Below, one piece after another: positions 19,106 through 29,311 of a DNA stretch of 64,000 nucleotides. The translations under genes were made by a program, and so were the position numbers. Source of the stretch: Rhodospirillaceae bacterium (GTDB lineage Bacteria; Pseudomonadota; Alphaproteobacteria; CACIAM-22H2); NCBI GenBank assembly GCA_009694125.1, contig SHVT01000001.1:6105-70104 (forward strand), read 5' to 3'. The first letter of the stretch is position 1. Every line of letters begins with the position of its first letter. The notes beneath the pieces were generated by a model. The model was not told the origin of the DNA, did no database searches, and saw nothing but the letters and a program-made list of their open reading frames with translations.

Positions 19106-21832
19106 GTGGGTATGGAATCTTTGGCGTTCGGCGCGCCGCTTTGGTTGGCCGCTTTGGCGGGCCTGCCGGTGTTGTGGTGGCTACTGCGTTTGACGCCGCC
19201 GGTGCCGAGACTCGTTCGTTTTCCCGCGGTTCGTCTGTTGATGAACCTGCGCAAGGAAGAGACCGCAGCCCATACGCCCTGGTGGCTCCTGCTGCTGCGT
19301 ATCATGGTCGCGGCAATGATCATCATCGCGGTTTCGGAGCCGCTCGTGAATCCGACAAGCGGCCTTTCCGGGAGCGGAACGCTGGTTCTGGTCGTCGATG
19401 ATGGTTGGGCCGCGGCCCGCGACTGGCCCGCGCGGCGCGAGACTTTGGCGAAATTGGTCGATCAGGCGGAGCGGGCGCGGCGCCCGATCGTGCTTTTGAC
19501 CACCGCGCCCGCGGCCGGCGATGAGGTTGCGCGGACCAATTCGGTCATGGTCGCGTCCGAAGTTCGCGGCATTATTCAGTCGCTCGAGCCCAAACCGTGG
19601 GCCGTCGATCGGCAGGCCGTGCCCGCCATGATCGACGCCTTGAAGATCGAGGGTTCCGCCAGCGCGGTCTGGTTGTCCGATGGTCTGGATGATGGCCGGG
19701 TCACGGCGCTGGCCGAGCGGCTTCAGCGCCTCGGCGCGCTGCAGATCATGACCGAAGGCCCGACCGACCTTGCCCGCCTTCTGCTGCCGCCGCAGGCCGA
19801 TGGTGACGTGCTTGAGGTGACGGTGGCGCGCGCGGTGGGCACGCCCGACGAAAGCGTGTGGATACGGGCCAGCGGCGAGGACGGCAAAGTTCTGGTTCGC
19901 GAGTCCCTGCGCCTCCCCGAAGGCCAACGGACGGGAACGTTCCGCCTCTCCCTGCCGGCTGAATTGCGTAACCGTCTGGCCCGGCTGGAGATCGAGGGCG
20001 AGACCACCGCCGGCGCGGCGGTCATGCTCGATGAGCGGTGGCGTCGCCGGCCGGTTGGGATCGTGGCCGAGGCCCGCGCCGACCTCTCGCAACCGTTGCT
20101 CGCCGACATGTACTATCTGGAACGAGCATTGGCGCCCTTCAGCGAAATTCGCAAGGGCACCATCGCCGATATGCTGCGCCGCGAACTCGCGGTCTTGGTC
20201 CTCGCCGATGTCGGGAAGATGTCGGACACCGATGCCAAAGCCGTCGGCGAATGGGTCGGCAAGGGCGGCGTGCTCGTGCGCTTTGCCGGCGAACGCCTGG
20301 CCCAGGGCGGCGGCGAGGACGGCCTGCTCCCGGTATCCGTCCGCGCGGGCGGCGGTCGCGCTCTTGCTGGCGCCATGTCCTGGACTGTGCCGGCCGCGCT
20401 ATCGTCTTTCGAGCCCGGCAGCCCGTTCGTGGGGCTTACCATTCCCGATGAAATCCGCATTCAGCGGCAGATACTCGCCGAACCGACGGCCGATCTCGCC
20501 GCCAAGACATGGGCGCGGCTCGCCGACGGTACCCCGTTGGTCACCGGCGAGCGCCGTGGCGAAGGATGGACGGTCCTTGTGCACACGACCGCCAGCCCGC
20601 AATGGTCCAATCTTCCGATATCGGGATTGTTCGTAGAGATGCTCCGCCGCCTCGTCGATTTGAGCCAGGGCGTGGCCGGCGTCGATAGCGTTTCCACCGC
20701 GCTCCCGCCGCTGCTGAACCTCGACGGTTATGGCCGGCCGCAGACGCCGCCGAGCACGGCCTTTCCGATCGCGGCGGGCGATTTCAGCAAAACGACGGTC
20801 GGGCCTAAACATCCACCGGGTTACTACGGCAACGAGACCGCCCGGCGCGCCTTGAATCTGTCGTCCACCGTCGTGCGGCCGCGCATCATCGAGAGCCTGC
20901 CGCCGGGTGTGATCCGGGCCGAATACGCCGCGGCGAGCGAAATCGTGCTCCGCCCCTGGCTTCTGGCGGTGGCTTTGCTCCTGGCGCTCGTGGATTTGGC
21001 GATCAGCCTCTACATGCGCGGCTTCCTCCTCTATCGCGGTCCGGAAGCGGTCGCGCCGGCGTTGCTTCTAGCCGCGATGCTCGGCCTATCCGGCGCGGCG
21101 ATGGCGCAAGCTCCGACCGCGGCCTCGGACGATGTCGCCCTGGACTCGACATTGCAGACGCGCCTTGCCTATGTCCGCACCAATGACCGCGAGGCCGATG
21201 AAATCAGCCGAGCCGGCCTGGCCGGGTTGAGTAATGTTCTTCGCCGGCGCACCTCGGTCGAGGCGGGGCCGCCAATGGAAGTCGACGTCGAACTTGACGA
21301 GTTGGGTTTCTATCCGCTTCTGTATTGGCCGATGACACTCAGCCAGCCGCGGATTTCGCCGCCGGCGATGACTCGAATCGCGAATTTCCTCCGCAATGGC
21401 GGGATGATCGTATTCGATACCCGCGAAGGCGAAATTGGCGCCGGTGGGCCCGCGACCCAACGCCTGCAGGAAATTCTGCGCGGATTGGATCTGCCCGCCC
21501 TCATTCCGGTGCCGCGCGACCATGTGCTGACCAAGGCTTTCTATCTGATGCAGGTTTTCCCGGGTCGCTTCGCCGGTGCAACGGTCTGGGTCGAACAGTC
21601 CGACAGCCGCGTCAATGACGGCGTGTCCTCGCTTGTCATTGGCGGCAACGATTGGGCGGGGGCTTGGGCGGTGGACAATGCCGGCCGCTCGATGAACGCG
21701 GTGGTCCCCGGCGGCGAGCCGCAGCGCGAGATGGCCTTTCGCTTCGGCGTCAACCTCGTCATGTATGCGCTTGCCGGGAACTACAAGGCCGACCAGGTTC
21801 ATATCGATGCGATTCTGGAGCGGATGAAGTAA
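19106..21832 (+). CDS. Large membrane protein with a BatA_N / N-terminal double-transmembrane domain (likely DUF4159 family)
   Basis: N-terminus MGMESLAFGAPLWLAALAGLPVLWWLLRLTPPVPRLVRFPAVRLL matches the aerotolerance-regulator N-terminal double-TM signature. 908 aa. It is the third gene of the conserved MoxR cluster. Confidence 0.65.
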   Translation: MGMESLAFGAPLWLAALAGLPVLWWLLRLTPPVPRLVRFPAVRLLMNLRKEETAAHTPWWLLLLRIMVAAMIIIAVSEPLVNPTSGLSGSGTLVLVVDDGWAAARDWPARRETLAKLVDQAERARRPIVLLTTAPAAGDEVARTNSVMVASEVRGIIQSLEPKPWAVDRQAVPAMIDALKIEGSASAVWLSDGLDDGRVTALAERLQRLGALQIMTEGPTDLARLLLPPQADGDVLEVTVARAVGTPDESVWIRASGEDGKVLVRESLRLPEGQRTGTFRLSLPAELRNRLARLEIEGETTAGAAVMLDERWRRRPVGIVAEARADLSQPLLADMYYLERALAPFSEIRKGTIADMLRRELAVLVLADVGKMSDTDAKAVGEWVGKGGVLVRFAGERLAQGGGEDGLLPVSVRAGGGRALAGAMSWTVPAALSSFEPGSPFVGLTIPDEIRIQRQILAEPTADLAAKTWARLADGTPLVTGERRGEGWTVLVHTTASPQWSNLPISGLFVEMLRRLVDLSQGVAGVDSVSTALPPLLNLDGYGRPQTPPSTAFPIAAGDFSKTTVGPKHPPGYYGNETARRALNLSSTVVRPRIIESLPPGVIRAEYAAASEIVLRPWLLAVALLLALVDLAISLYMRGFLLYRGPEAVAPALLLAAMLGLSGAAMAQAPTAASDDVALDSTLQTRLAYVRTNDREADEISRAGLAGLSNVLRRRTSVEAGPPMEVDVELDELGFYPLLYWPMTLSQPRISPPAMTRIANFLRNGGMIVFDTREGEIGAGGPATQRLQEILRGLDLPALIPVPRDHVLTKAFYLMQVFPGRFAGATVWVEQSDSRVNDGVSSLVIGGNDWAGAWAVDNAGRSMNAVVPGGEPQREMAFRFGVNLVMYALAGNYKADQVHIDAILERMK

Positions 21833-23910
21833 TGATCAGCGGCGACATAACCATTGCCTTTGCTCCGTTGCTGCCTTGGCAGGTGCTGGCTGTCCTTGGC
21901 CTGGCCTCGCTGATCCTGCTCGGCTTCGCGGCCTGGACCCGGTCGAAGGGGTTTCCCTGGCGGGTCTTGGCGTTGGGCACGCTTTTGGCCGCTCTCGCAA
22001 ATCCCTCCGCGGTTCTGGAAGAGCGTCAGCCGCAGAAAGACGTGGCCTTGATCGTCGTCGACGATACGACCAGCCAGTCGATCGGAGAACGGCGCGCGCG
22101 CACCGAGGCCGCGTTCCAGCGCGTGCAGGAACGGCTTTCCGGCCAGAAGGACCTTGAGGTTCGCGTGGCTCGCGTCAATACCGCGGGTGCGTCGCCGTCC
22201 GGGGCCGAGGGCACGCGGCTGTTCGATGCCATCGAACGTGCGCTCGCCGATGTCCCGCGTCAGCGCGTATCGGGCGTCGCCTTGATCACCGATGGCCAGG
22301 TGCATGACGTCCCGGCTTCCCCGGCGCAGGCAAATCTGGTCGGTCCGATTCATGCGATCGTGACCGGCAACCGCAATGAAGGCGATCGTCGGCTCGTGGT
22401 CGAACAGGCGCCAACCTATGGCATCGTCGGCAATCCGCTGTCGATGCGTCTGCGTGTGGAGGACCCGACCGGCGGCTCCGTCGACACCGCGACCCTAAAG
22501 ATCCGGCGCGACGGCCGCGACATGCCGAGCGCGCGCGTCGGGGTTGGCCGACCCGAAGTGGTACCCTTTACCTTGGAACATGGCGGCACCACGGTTTTTG
22601 AAATCGAGGTCGAGGCCGGGCGCCAGGAATTGACGCTGGAAAACAATCGCGCCGTCGTCATCGTCAACGGTGTGCGCGACCGGTTGCGGGTTCTTCTGGT
22701 AACCGGCGATCCCAATCCGGGCGAGAGGGTTTGGCGCAATATTCTGAAATCCGATCCCGGCGTCGATCTGATCCATTTCACGATCTTGCGCCCGCCCGAG
22801 GCTCAGGATTTCACTCCGGTCACCGAGCTGTCACTGATCGCCTTTCCCATTCGCGAGTTGTTCGAGGTCAAGCTCAAAGAATTCGATCTCATCATCTTCG
22901 ACCGCTATCGCCGCCGCGATGTCCTCCCGGCCAGCTATTTGGACAATATCGCGCGTTATGTGCGCGGCGGCGGCGCGCTGCTCGAAGCGGCGGGTCCGGC
23001 CTTCTCGACTCCGCTCAGCCTGTTCAATTCGCCGCTCGGCGACGTCCTGCCCGGTCAGCCGACCGGTATCGTGCACGAACAGGGTTACCGGCCGCGGCTC
23101 ACCGATGCCGGCCATCGCCATCCGGTCACGGCCGAACTGCCCGGGAGCGAGGGCACCGAGGCGAGTTGGGGCCGCTGGTTTCGTCAGATGGATGTGCAGG
23201 CCCGCAGCGGCACGGTGCTGATGGATGGCGCCAATGGCAGCCCGCTTCTTCTCCTCGATCACGTCGGCGAGGGCCGCGTGGCTCAGCTCCTGTCGGATCA
23301 AATTTGGTTGTGGGCGCGGGGCTATGAAGGCGGCGGCCCGCAGGCCGAACTTCTGCGCCGGCTCGCGCATTGGCTGATGAAGGAGCCGGAGCTCGAGGAA
23401 AACGACCTCCGCGCCACCATTCAGGGCAATCGCCTGATGGTCGAGCGCCGCTCATTGAAGCCGGACGACAAGCAGGTCTCGGTGACATTTCCTTCGGGCA
23501 AGACTCAATCCGTGAAGATGACAGAAGGACAAGGCGGCAAGTCGAACGGTGTCGTGGAGATCGAGGAACCGGGGCTCTATCAGGTCGGTGACGGCCAACG
23601 TGTTGCGTTAAGCGCGGTCGGCGCTCTCAACCCGAAGGAACTGGCCGATGTGCGCGCCACTGAGGATTTGCTCAAACCGGTGGTTGCGGCGACCGACGGC
23701 GGCGTTCTTTGGCTGTCGGAAAGCGCCAATTTCGACGTGCGTCGGGTCAAACCCGAACGCGAAGCCGCCGGCCGCAACTGGATCGGATTCAAGGCAAATG
23801 GCGACTATGTCGTCACCGGCGTGAGGCAATTGCCGCTGCTGCCGGCGCTTGTCGTCTTCCTCATCGCGCTGGGGGCGAGCGTCTTTGCGTGGAGGCGGGA
23901 AGGCCGCTAA
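21832..23910 (+). CDS. Large hypothetical membrane protein, fourth gene of the MoxR/DUF58 cluster
   Basis: The start ATG overlaps the upstream TAA (TAATG). The N-terminus has TM helices (MISGDITIAFAPLLPWQVLAVLGLASLILLGFAAW) and there is a C-terminal TM helix. ~692 aa. Confidence 0.6.
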   Translation: MISGDITIAFAPLLPWQVLAVLGLASLILLGFAAWTRSKGFPWRVLALGTLLAALANPSAVLEERQPQKDVALIVVDDTTSQSIGERRARTEAAFQRVQERLSGQKDLEVRVARVNTAGASPSGAEGTRLFDAIERALADVPRQRVSGVALITDGQVHDVPASPAQANLVGPIHAIVTGNRNEGDRRLVVEQAPTYGIVGNPLSMRLRVEDPTGGSVDTATLKIRRDGRDMPSARVGVGRPEVVPFTLEHGGTTVFEIEVEAGRQELTLENNRAVVIVNGVRDRLRVLLVTGDPNPGERVWRNILKSDPGVDLIHFTILRPPEAQDFTPVTELSLIAFPIRELFEVKLKEFDLIIFDRYRRRDVLPASYLDNIARYVRGGGALLEAAGPAFSTPLSLFNSPLGDVLPGQPTGIVHEQGYRPRLTDAGHRHPVTAELPGSEGTEASWGRWFRQMDVQARSGTVLMDGANGSPLLLLDHVGEGRVAQLLSDQIWLWARGYEGGGPQAELLRRLAHWLMKEPELEENDLRATIQGNRLMVERRSLKPDDKQVSVTFPSGKTQSVKMTEGQGGKSNGVVEIEEPGLYQVGDGQRVALSAVGALNPKELADVRATEDLLKPVVAATDGGVLWLSESANFDVRRVKPEREAAGRNWIGFKANGDYVVTGVRQLPLLPALVVFLIALGASVFAWRREGR

Positions 23911-23940
23911 ATCGGCGCGCCGTCCCGCCCCGGGTTTGGT

Positions 23941-24384
23941 TCAGCTTGTTCCGGTCGCAACCGCCGGGCCCTGGGTTATCATTCGGGCGCCCGCCATTCC
24001 GATGACCATTGCGCCGATAAAGATAAGCGACTGAGGCAGGCCGAACGCCAAAGACGAAACGGCTGGTCCCGGGCAAAAACCCACCAATCCCCAACCGATG
24101 CCGAAAATCGCGGCCCCACCCACCAAGCGGGCATCGATGTCCTTGCCGGCCGGCGGCGGAAAGCTCTCGGCGAAAAGGGGGGCGGGGCGCCCCGAAGCGA
24201 TCCGGAACGCTGCAAAGGTCACAACCAGCGCCCCAGCCATGACGAAGGCGAGGCTCGGATCCCAGGCCCCGGCGATGTCGAGGAAGCCCAGAACTTTCGC
24301 CGGATCGACCATGTGCGATACGGCCAAGCCGAGACCGAACAGGATTCCGGCGGCGAGGGCGGAAATTTCCTTGCTCATGCTCAA
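23941..24384 (-). CDS. YeeE/YedE family (sulfur-compound transporter-like) membrane protein, C-terminal partner
   Basis: Hydrophobic 147-aa ORF with a G-rich GxxxG pattern typical of DUF395/YeeE halves. Confidence 0.65.
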   Translation of the reverse strand: MSMSKEISALAAGILFGLGLAVSHMVDPAKVLGFLDIAGAWDPSLAFVMAGALVVTFAAFRIASGRPAPLFAESFPPPAGKDIDARLVGGAAIFGIGWGLVGFCPGPAVSSLAFGLPQSLIFIGAMVIGMAGARMITQGPAVATGTS

Positions 24385-24806
24385 GCTCCCATCACATGGC
24401 GCATGACAAAAACGGTGGCGCCGCCGGCAACCATGAAGACGACGGTGGCGATGATCGACCGCGGCGACAGCCTGGCGATTCCGCAGACGCCGTGGCCGCT
24501 CGTACAGCCGCCGGACACGGTCGTGCCGATCCCCGTCAGCAAGCCTCCGGCGAGAAGCAGTGGAAGCGAGGGCGTCAGCGCCAACGCCATGTCGGGTTCG
24601 ACAGCCAGGCGGTACGCGAATGCCCCGATAATGAGTCCGGCGACAAACATCAAGCGCCAGGCGATGTCGCCGCGCGACGGGGCGGCGAGGCCGCCGACGA
24701 TGCCGCTGATTCCGGCGATGCGCCCGTTCATCAACAACAGCGCCGCCGCCGACAATCCAATAAGCGCCCCGCCGATCAGGGCGGGAATGGGCGTGAAATT
24801 CTCCAT
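24381..24806 (-). CDS. YeeE/YedE family membrane protein, N-terminal partner
   Basis: Contains the conserved GGCTSGHGVCG motif of YeeE/YedE. It overlaps its partner by 4 nt. Confidence 0.7.
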   Translation of the reverse strand: MENFTPIPALIGGALIGLSAAALLLMNGRIAGISGIVGGLAAPSRGDIAWRLMFVAGLIIGAFAYRLAVEPDMALALTPSLPLLLAGGLLTGIGTTVSGGCTSGHGVCGIARLSPRSIIATVVFMVAGGATVFVMRHVMGA

Positions 24807-24967
24807 CAAAGCGACCTCCTTCGTCATCCGACCGTCACCGGCTTGAATTCATGCGGATCGTTCCGCCTGCGCCGCTAGCATGGCATGATCGGGCGTGGCT
24901 CGCCAGATTCCGAGGAAAGGCCCATTTTCCCATGGCTCAGTTGCAGCCTCGGCAATAGGAGGGGACG

Positions 24968-25681
24968 ATGATAGAGGTCAGGCCGTTTGAAACTCTTGGC
25001 CAATTCGACAACGACTGGCTGAGCGCGCGTTATCATTTCAGCTTTTCCGACTATCGCGATCCCCAGCGCATGGGCTTCGGACCATTGCGGGTTTGGAACG
25101 ACGATCGCGTTCGGCCGGGGCAAGGCTTCGCCCCGCATGGCCACCGCGATATGGAGATCATTACCTATATCCGCAAAGGCGCGATCACCCACGAGGATCA
25201 CCTGGGTAATCGTGGGCGGACCGAAGCGGGCGACGTTCAGGTCATGTCGGCGGGCACCGGGATCACCCATGCCGAATACAATGTGGAGGAGTCCGACACC
25301 GAGCTATTCCAAATCTGGGTGGAGCCGGCGGTCCTCGGCGTCCGCCCACGGTGGGCCACGGGCGCCTTTCCGCGTGGCGAACGGGCCGGCCGGCTGGTAG
25401 CCCTCGCCTCAGACAATCCATCCGTGCTCGCCAGCGGCGAGACCAAACCCCTGACGATTCATCAGGACGCGACCTTATTTGGGGCGGCCTTGCGGGCCGG
25501 CGAATCAGTGAGCCACCGGCTGGAGCCGGGGCGGCGGGTTTATCTCGTGGCGGCGCGCGGCCGCCTTTCCATCAACGATGCGGCGATAAAAGCGCGCGAC
25601 GGCGTCGCCGTCTGGGACATCGCGGAACTGGCGATGGAGGCCAGCGAGGACAGCGAGCTGTTGGTGCTCGATTTGCCCTGA
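24968..25681 (+). CDS. Pirin family protein (cupin)
   Basis: Cupin His motifs APHGHRDMEIITY and AGTGITHAEYN. Confidence 0.8.
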   Translation: MIEVRPFETLGQFDNDWLSARYHFSFSDYRDPQRMGFGPLRVWNDDRVRPGQGFAPHGHRDMEIITYIRKGAITHEDHLGNRGRTEAGDVQVMSAGTGITHAEYNVEESDTELFQIWVEPAVLGVRPRWATGAFPRGERAGRLVALASDNPSVLASGETKPLTIHQDATLFGAALRAGESVSHRLEPGRRVYLVAARGRLSINDAAIKARDGVAVWDIAELAMEASEDSELLVLDLP

Positions 25682-25784
25682 CACCGGCGCAAAAAAGTCT
25701 CGATTCGCGGAAAAACCGGCTAGGATGCGGTCGATTCGGGCCGGCGCAGGGCTTAGGTGACGGCCAGTCGCGGAGTGGCAGTGG

Positions 25785-27066
25785 ATGAAAGAGCCGTCAA
25801 GTTATGTCGAGCTGCACCTTAGGAACTACGTCGATCGCCTCGCCAAGAATTCCGAGAAAATGTATGCCGTTCACTTGCGGCTGTCCGAATCGCCCTTCTA
25901 TCGACGCAATCACCACTTTCTGAAAATCGCCGTCAACACGGTTGAGACCCTAGCCCGCGATTTCGGCGGCCAGGTCTTCCAACTTCAGAACAGCGACGTC
26001 ATCTTCGTCTTCCCGGCCAAGGACCAGCACGCCCTTAACGAACTGGCCAAGCAGATTCGGCTCGTCTTCACCGAGGATCCGCTGACTTATGAGGCGGGCA
26101 CCGGAACGGACTACGAAAAGCTGGTCAAGTGGTACGACCTCGACGCGGATCTGGCGCAATTTCGGGTCGTCGTTAATCGGGTTGCGGCCACTGCGGAAAA
26201 ATCCCTCCAGACGCAGAAGCCTCATTTTGGCCATCCCGTCGCCGCCGAAAAAAAAGATGGCGAAGTTGTCGTCCAAGACCGTTGGCGATGTCGAGGGCGT
26301 TCTGCAAACCGCGGATATCAGCCCCTATGTCCGGCGCCAGCCCGTCTGCGTTCTTCTCCGCGACAAACCGCCGGTCATGGTCTTCGAGGAGATCTATGTT
26401 TCGATCAAGGATCTCCGGGCGCAGCTTTTCCCCAAGGTCGATCTGCGCAATGCACGGTGGCTCTTTCAGCAATTGACGCTGTCGCTTGATAGGCAAGTCC
26501 TCGTCATGCTGAACCGCGAAAACGAAAAAGCCGTGGCGAAGGTCAGCATCAACCTCAACGTCCCCACACTACTCGGCGACGACTTCCTCAAATTTGACAG
26601 CAACTTGAAGGCCGCCAGTCGCGGCGGCATCATTATCGAAATCAACAAAGTCGACGTCTTCTATGACCTCGGCGCCTTTCGCGCCGCCCGCGATTTTCTG
26701 CGCAAGCGCGGCTATCGCATCGCGATCGATGGCGTCACACCCGACATGTTGTCGATGATCGATCGAGAAAATTTGGAGGCCGATTTCGTCAAGGTCTTCC
26801 ACCACAAGGACCAAACCGCCGAGTGGCAAAAACCCGGGGTACGCGCCATGATCGAAAAGAGCGGGCAGGCGCGCATCATCATGTCGCGCTGCGATTCGGC
26901 GGAATCCGTGGAGACCGGCCAGGCGCTCGGCATCAATCTATTCCAGGGCTACTACGTGAAAAAGTTGCTGGATGCCGGCCGCCAAGGCGCCGTGCCGGAT
27001 GCGACGCGCGCAATCGCCGGCCGGAGATCGGCTGCGGCTCAGCCTGGGACTGGAGAGCGCGATTGA
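25785..27066 (+). pseudogene. Conserved hypothetical protein with a degenerate EAL-like C-terminal domain, split by a frameshift at an A8 homopolymer (26248-26255)
   Basis: Frame 0 carries protein-like sequence up to …HPVAAEKK. Frame +1 continues with MAKLSSKTVGDVEG… to 27066. Before the A-run, the frame-1 translation is junk. The C-terminal half aligns to the EAL-domain core, with the catalytic motifs replaced (DDFGTG becomes DGVTPD; QGY is retained). Confidence 0.5.
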
Positions 27067-27120
27067 TCCAGAGGCCGGCGATCGGTGCCGCCCTCCGCCG
27101 CCACTGACCGGGGTTCGCCC

Positions 27121-28287
27121 ATGAAATTCATCCTACCGGCGGCCCTGACGCTGGGGCTGCTGGCCGGCCCAGCCTTCGGCGGAATGAAGGACGCCGTCGC
27201 GGCTTATGACCGGGGCGATTACGCGCTGGCGATGCGCGAATTCCTGCCGATGGCGTTGGCGGGAGTTCCCCAGGCCCGTTTCGATCTCGGTCTGATGCAC
27301 GCGACCGGTCGCGGTGTTCCGCGCGACATCTCATATGCGGCGATGTGGTATCGACTGGCCGCCGATCAAGGTTTCGCCCCCGCCCAGTATGAATATGGAA
27401 CCCTGCTGGCGCCGGCCGAGGCCGCCGCCTGGTTCCAACGCGCCGCCGATCAAGGATATGCGCCTGCTGCCTTCTGGCTCGGCCTGGCCTATCGCGAGGG
27501 ATGGGGTGTGCCGCGAAGCGATGTCGACGCCGTCCGTTCCTACCGGAGGGCGGCGGAAGCGGGTCTCGCCGAGGCCCAGTCCAATTTGGGGCTTATGTAC
27601 GAACGCGGTGACGGCATTCCCCAAGACGAGGCCGAGGCCCTCCGCTGGTATCGGCGGGCCGCCGAACTGGGGCAGCCGGAAGCGCAGTTCAATCTCGCAG
27701 CGATGCTTGAGGAAGGCCGGGGCGCTGCGCCCGATGCCGCGGCCGCGGCGGCATGGTATCGGCGGGCGGCGGACCGGGGCGTCGTGGCGGCGATGAACAA
27801 TCTTGGCGTTGTCCTCGAAAAGGGTGACGGCATTTCCGGCGATCCGGCTCTGGCCTACGCCTGGTACGAGGCTGCATCGGTGCGTGGCGGTTCGGGCAGC
27901 GCGGCCGATCAGGCGGGCCGCAACCGCGACCAGATCGCCGCGCGACTGTCGTCCGACGAATTGGTCCGCGCCCGGCGGGAGGCGCAACAGATCTTGGCGC
28001 GGGTCACGGCGGCAACGTCCGCCGCGCCGTCCGAGGTGCCGGGGGTCTCGGCGGCTTCGCCGGCCGACAAATCGCTGACGCTCCGCATCCAGGAGAGTCT
28101 GCGCACGCTGGGCTACGATCCCGGCCCGCCGCAAACGCGCATGGGGTCAAAAATCGCGAGCGCCATTCGTGAATTTCAGGCCGATGTCGGTGCCCCGGTG
28201 ACGGGGGAGGCCACCGAGGTGCTGGCGTTGGGGCTGCGCACGGCGGTGGCCGCGCGGCTTACGTTGCGCTCCCCGGCCTTGCGATAG
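27121..28287 (+). CDS. Sel1-repeat (TPR-like) exported protein with a C-terminal peptidoglycan-binding domain
   Basis: Signal peptide MKFILPAALTLGLLAGPAFGG. About seven Sel1 repeats (…AQYNLG.MY..G.GV..D…). The C-terminal PG_binding_1 is LRIQESLRTLGYDPGPPQTRMGSKIASAIREFQADVGAPVTGEAT. Confidence 0.75.
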   Translation: MKFILPAALTLGLLAGPAFGGMKDAVAAYDRGDYALAMREFLPMALAGVPQARFDLGLMHATGRGVPRDISYAAMWYRLAADQGFAPAQYEYGTLLAPAEAAAWFQRAADQGYAPAAFWLGLAYREGWGVPRSDVDAVRSYRRAAEAGLAEAQSNLGLMYERGDGIPQDEAEALRWYRRAAELGQPEAQFNLAAMLEEGRGAAPDAAAAAAWYRRAADRGVVAAMNNLGVVLEKGDGISGDPALAYAWYEAASVRGGSGSAADQAGRNRDQIAARLSSDELVRARREAQQILARVTAATSAAPSEVPGVSAASPADKSLTLRIQESLRTLGYDPGPPQTRMGSKIASAIREFQADVGAPVTGEATEVLALGLRTAVAARLTLRSPALR

Positions 28288-28375
28288 CGCGGCTAACGAG
28301 AAATTGTTCGCCGGCCGCTTCCGTCGCGGCCAGTGGAGACATAGAGTTGCCCCGACACCTGGAGGGTGGGATGCC

Positions 28376-29293
28376 GTGAAGCGCCTCATTCTGATCGCTC
28401 TGCTGGTCACGTCCGTGCCCGCCTTCGCCGGTGTCGACGAGGGTCTCGCGGCGATCGAGAGCGGCGATTTTGCCACGGCGCTGCGGGAGCTGCGGCCCGC
28501 CGCGGAAGGCGGCGATGCGCGCGCCCAGTTTGCCGTCGGACTCATGCATGAAAGCGGGCAGGGCGTGGCCGCCAACGCCGCCGAAGCCGCCCGCTGGTAT
28601 CGGAGCGCGGCCGAGCAAGGTTTTGCGCGCGCCGAACTCAGCCTCGCCAATTTGTACCGGCAGGGCCGCGGCGTCCAACAGAGCGATGTTGAAGCCGTGA
28701 AGCTCTATCGCCGCGCCGCGGAAAGCGGATTGGCCGGCGCCCAGCTTAATCTGGCCAACATGTATCTCGAGGGCCGCGGCGTTCAGCAGAGCGATGTCGA
28801 GGCCGCGAAATGGACGCGGCGTGCGGCCGATCAAGGCTCGGCAGGGGCCCAGCTCAATCTCGGGAACATGTACCGGGAGGGGCGCGGGGTCCTGCAAAAC
28901 GATGAGGCGGCAATCACCTGGTATGGCCGTGCCGCCGAGCAGGGTCATTCACGCGCGATGTTCAGCCTCGGCCAAATGCACGAACAGGGGCGCGGCGTGC
29001 CGCGCGATCTGTCGGAGGCCGCGCGCTGGTATGGCCGCGCCGCGGAACAGGGGCTGCCGCTGGCGCAGTACAATCTGGGCGTGTTGCTCGAAAGGGGCGA
29101 GGGCGTCCAGCGCAACCCGGTGAAGGCCATGGCGTGGTATGTCCTGGCCAGGCTCCGGCTCCCGCCTGGGCTTGACCGCGACCGCGCCGAGACCGCCATG
29201 CTGCGCGTGGATACGCAGCTAACCAATGAGGGCCGTGCCCAGGCGCGCCGTCTGGCCGAGGACCTGCTGGATCAATTGCCCGGCGAAAAATAG
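28376..29293 (+). CDS. Sel1-repeat exported protein (a paralogue of the upstream gene, without the PG-binding tail)
   Basis: GTG start after a GGAGGG. Signal peptide VKRLILIALLVTSVPAFAG. Tandem Sel1 repeats. Confidence 0.7.
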   Translation: MKRLILIALLVTSVPAFAGVDEGLAAIESGDFATALRELRPAAEGGDARAQFAVGLMHESGQGVAANAAEAARWYRSAAEQGFARAELSLANLYRQGRGVQQSDVEAVKLYRRAAESGLAGAQLNLANMYLEGRGVQQSDVEAAKWTRRAADQGSAGAQLNLGNMYREGRGVLQNDEAAITWYGRAAEQGHSRAMFSLGQMHEQGRGVPRDLSEAARWYGRAAEQGLPLAQYNLGVLLERGEGVQRNPVKAMAWYVLARLRLPPGLDRDRAETAMLRVDTQLTNEGRAQARRLAEDLLDQLPGEK

Positions 29294-29311
29294 GCCGCGC
29301 CGCGGTTTCGC

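Noticed and set aside
21652-21831. 60-codon upstream extension of the fourth MoxR-cluster gene
   Set aside because: It overlaps the preceding gene's 3' end. An ATG at 21832 overlapping the TAA is the conserved coupled start.
23911-23940. Short CCCG-CCC-CGGG hairpin followed by TTTGG after the MoxR cluster
   Set aside because: A 4-bp stem is too weak to call a terminator with confidence.
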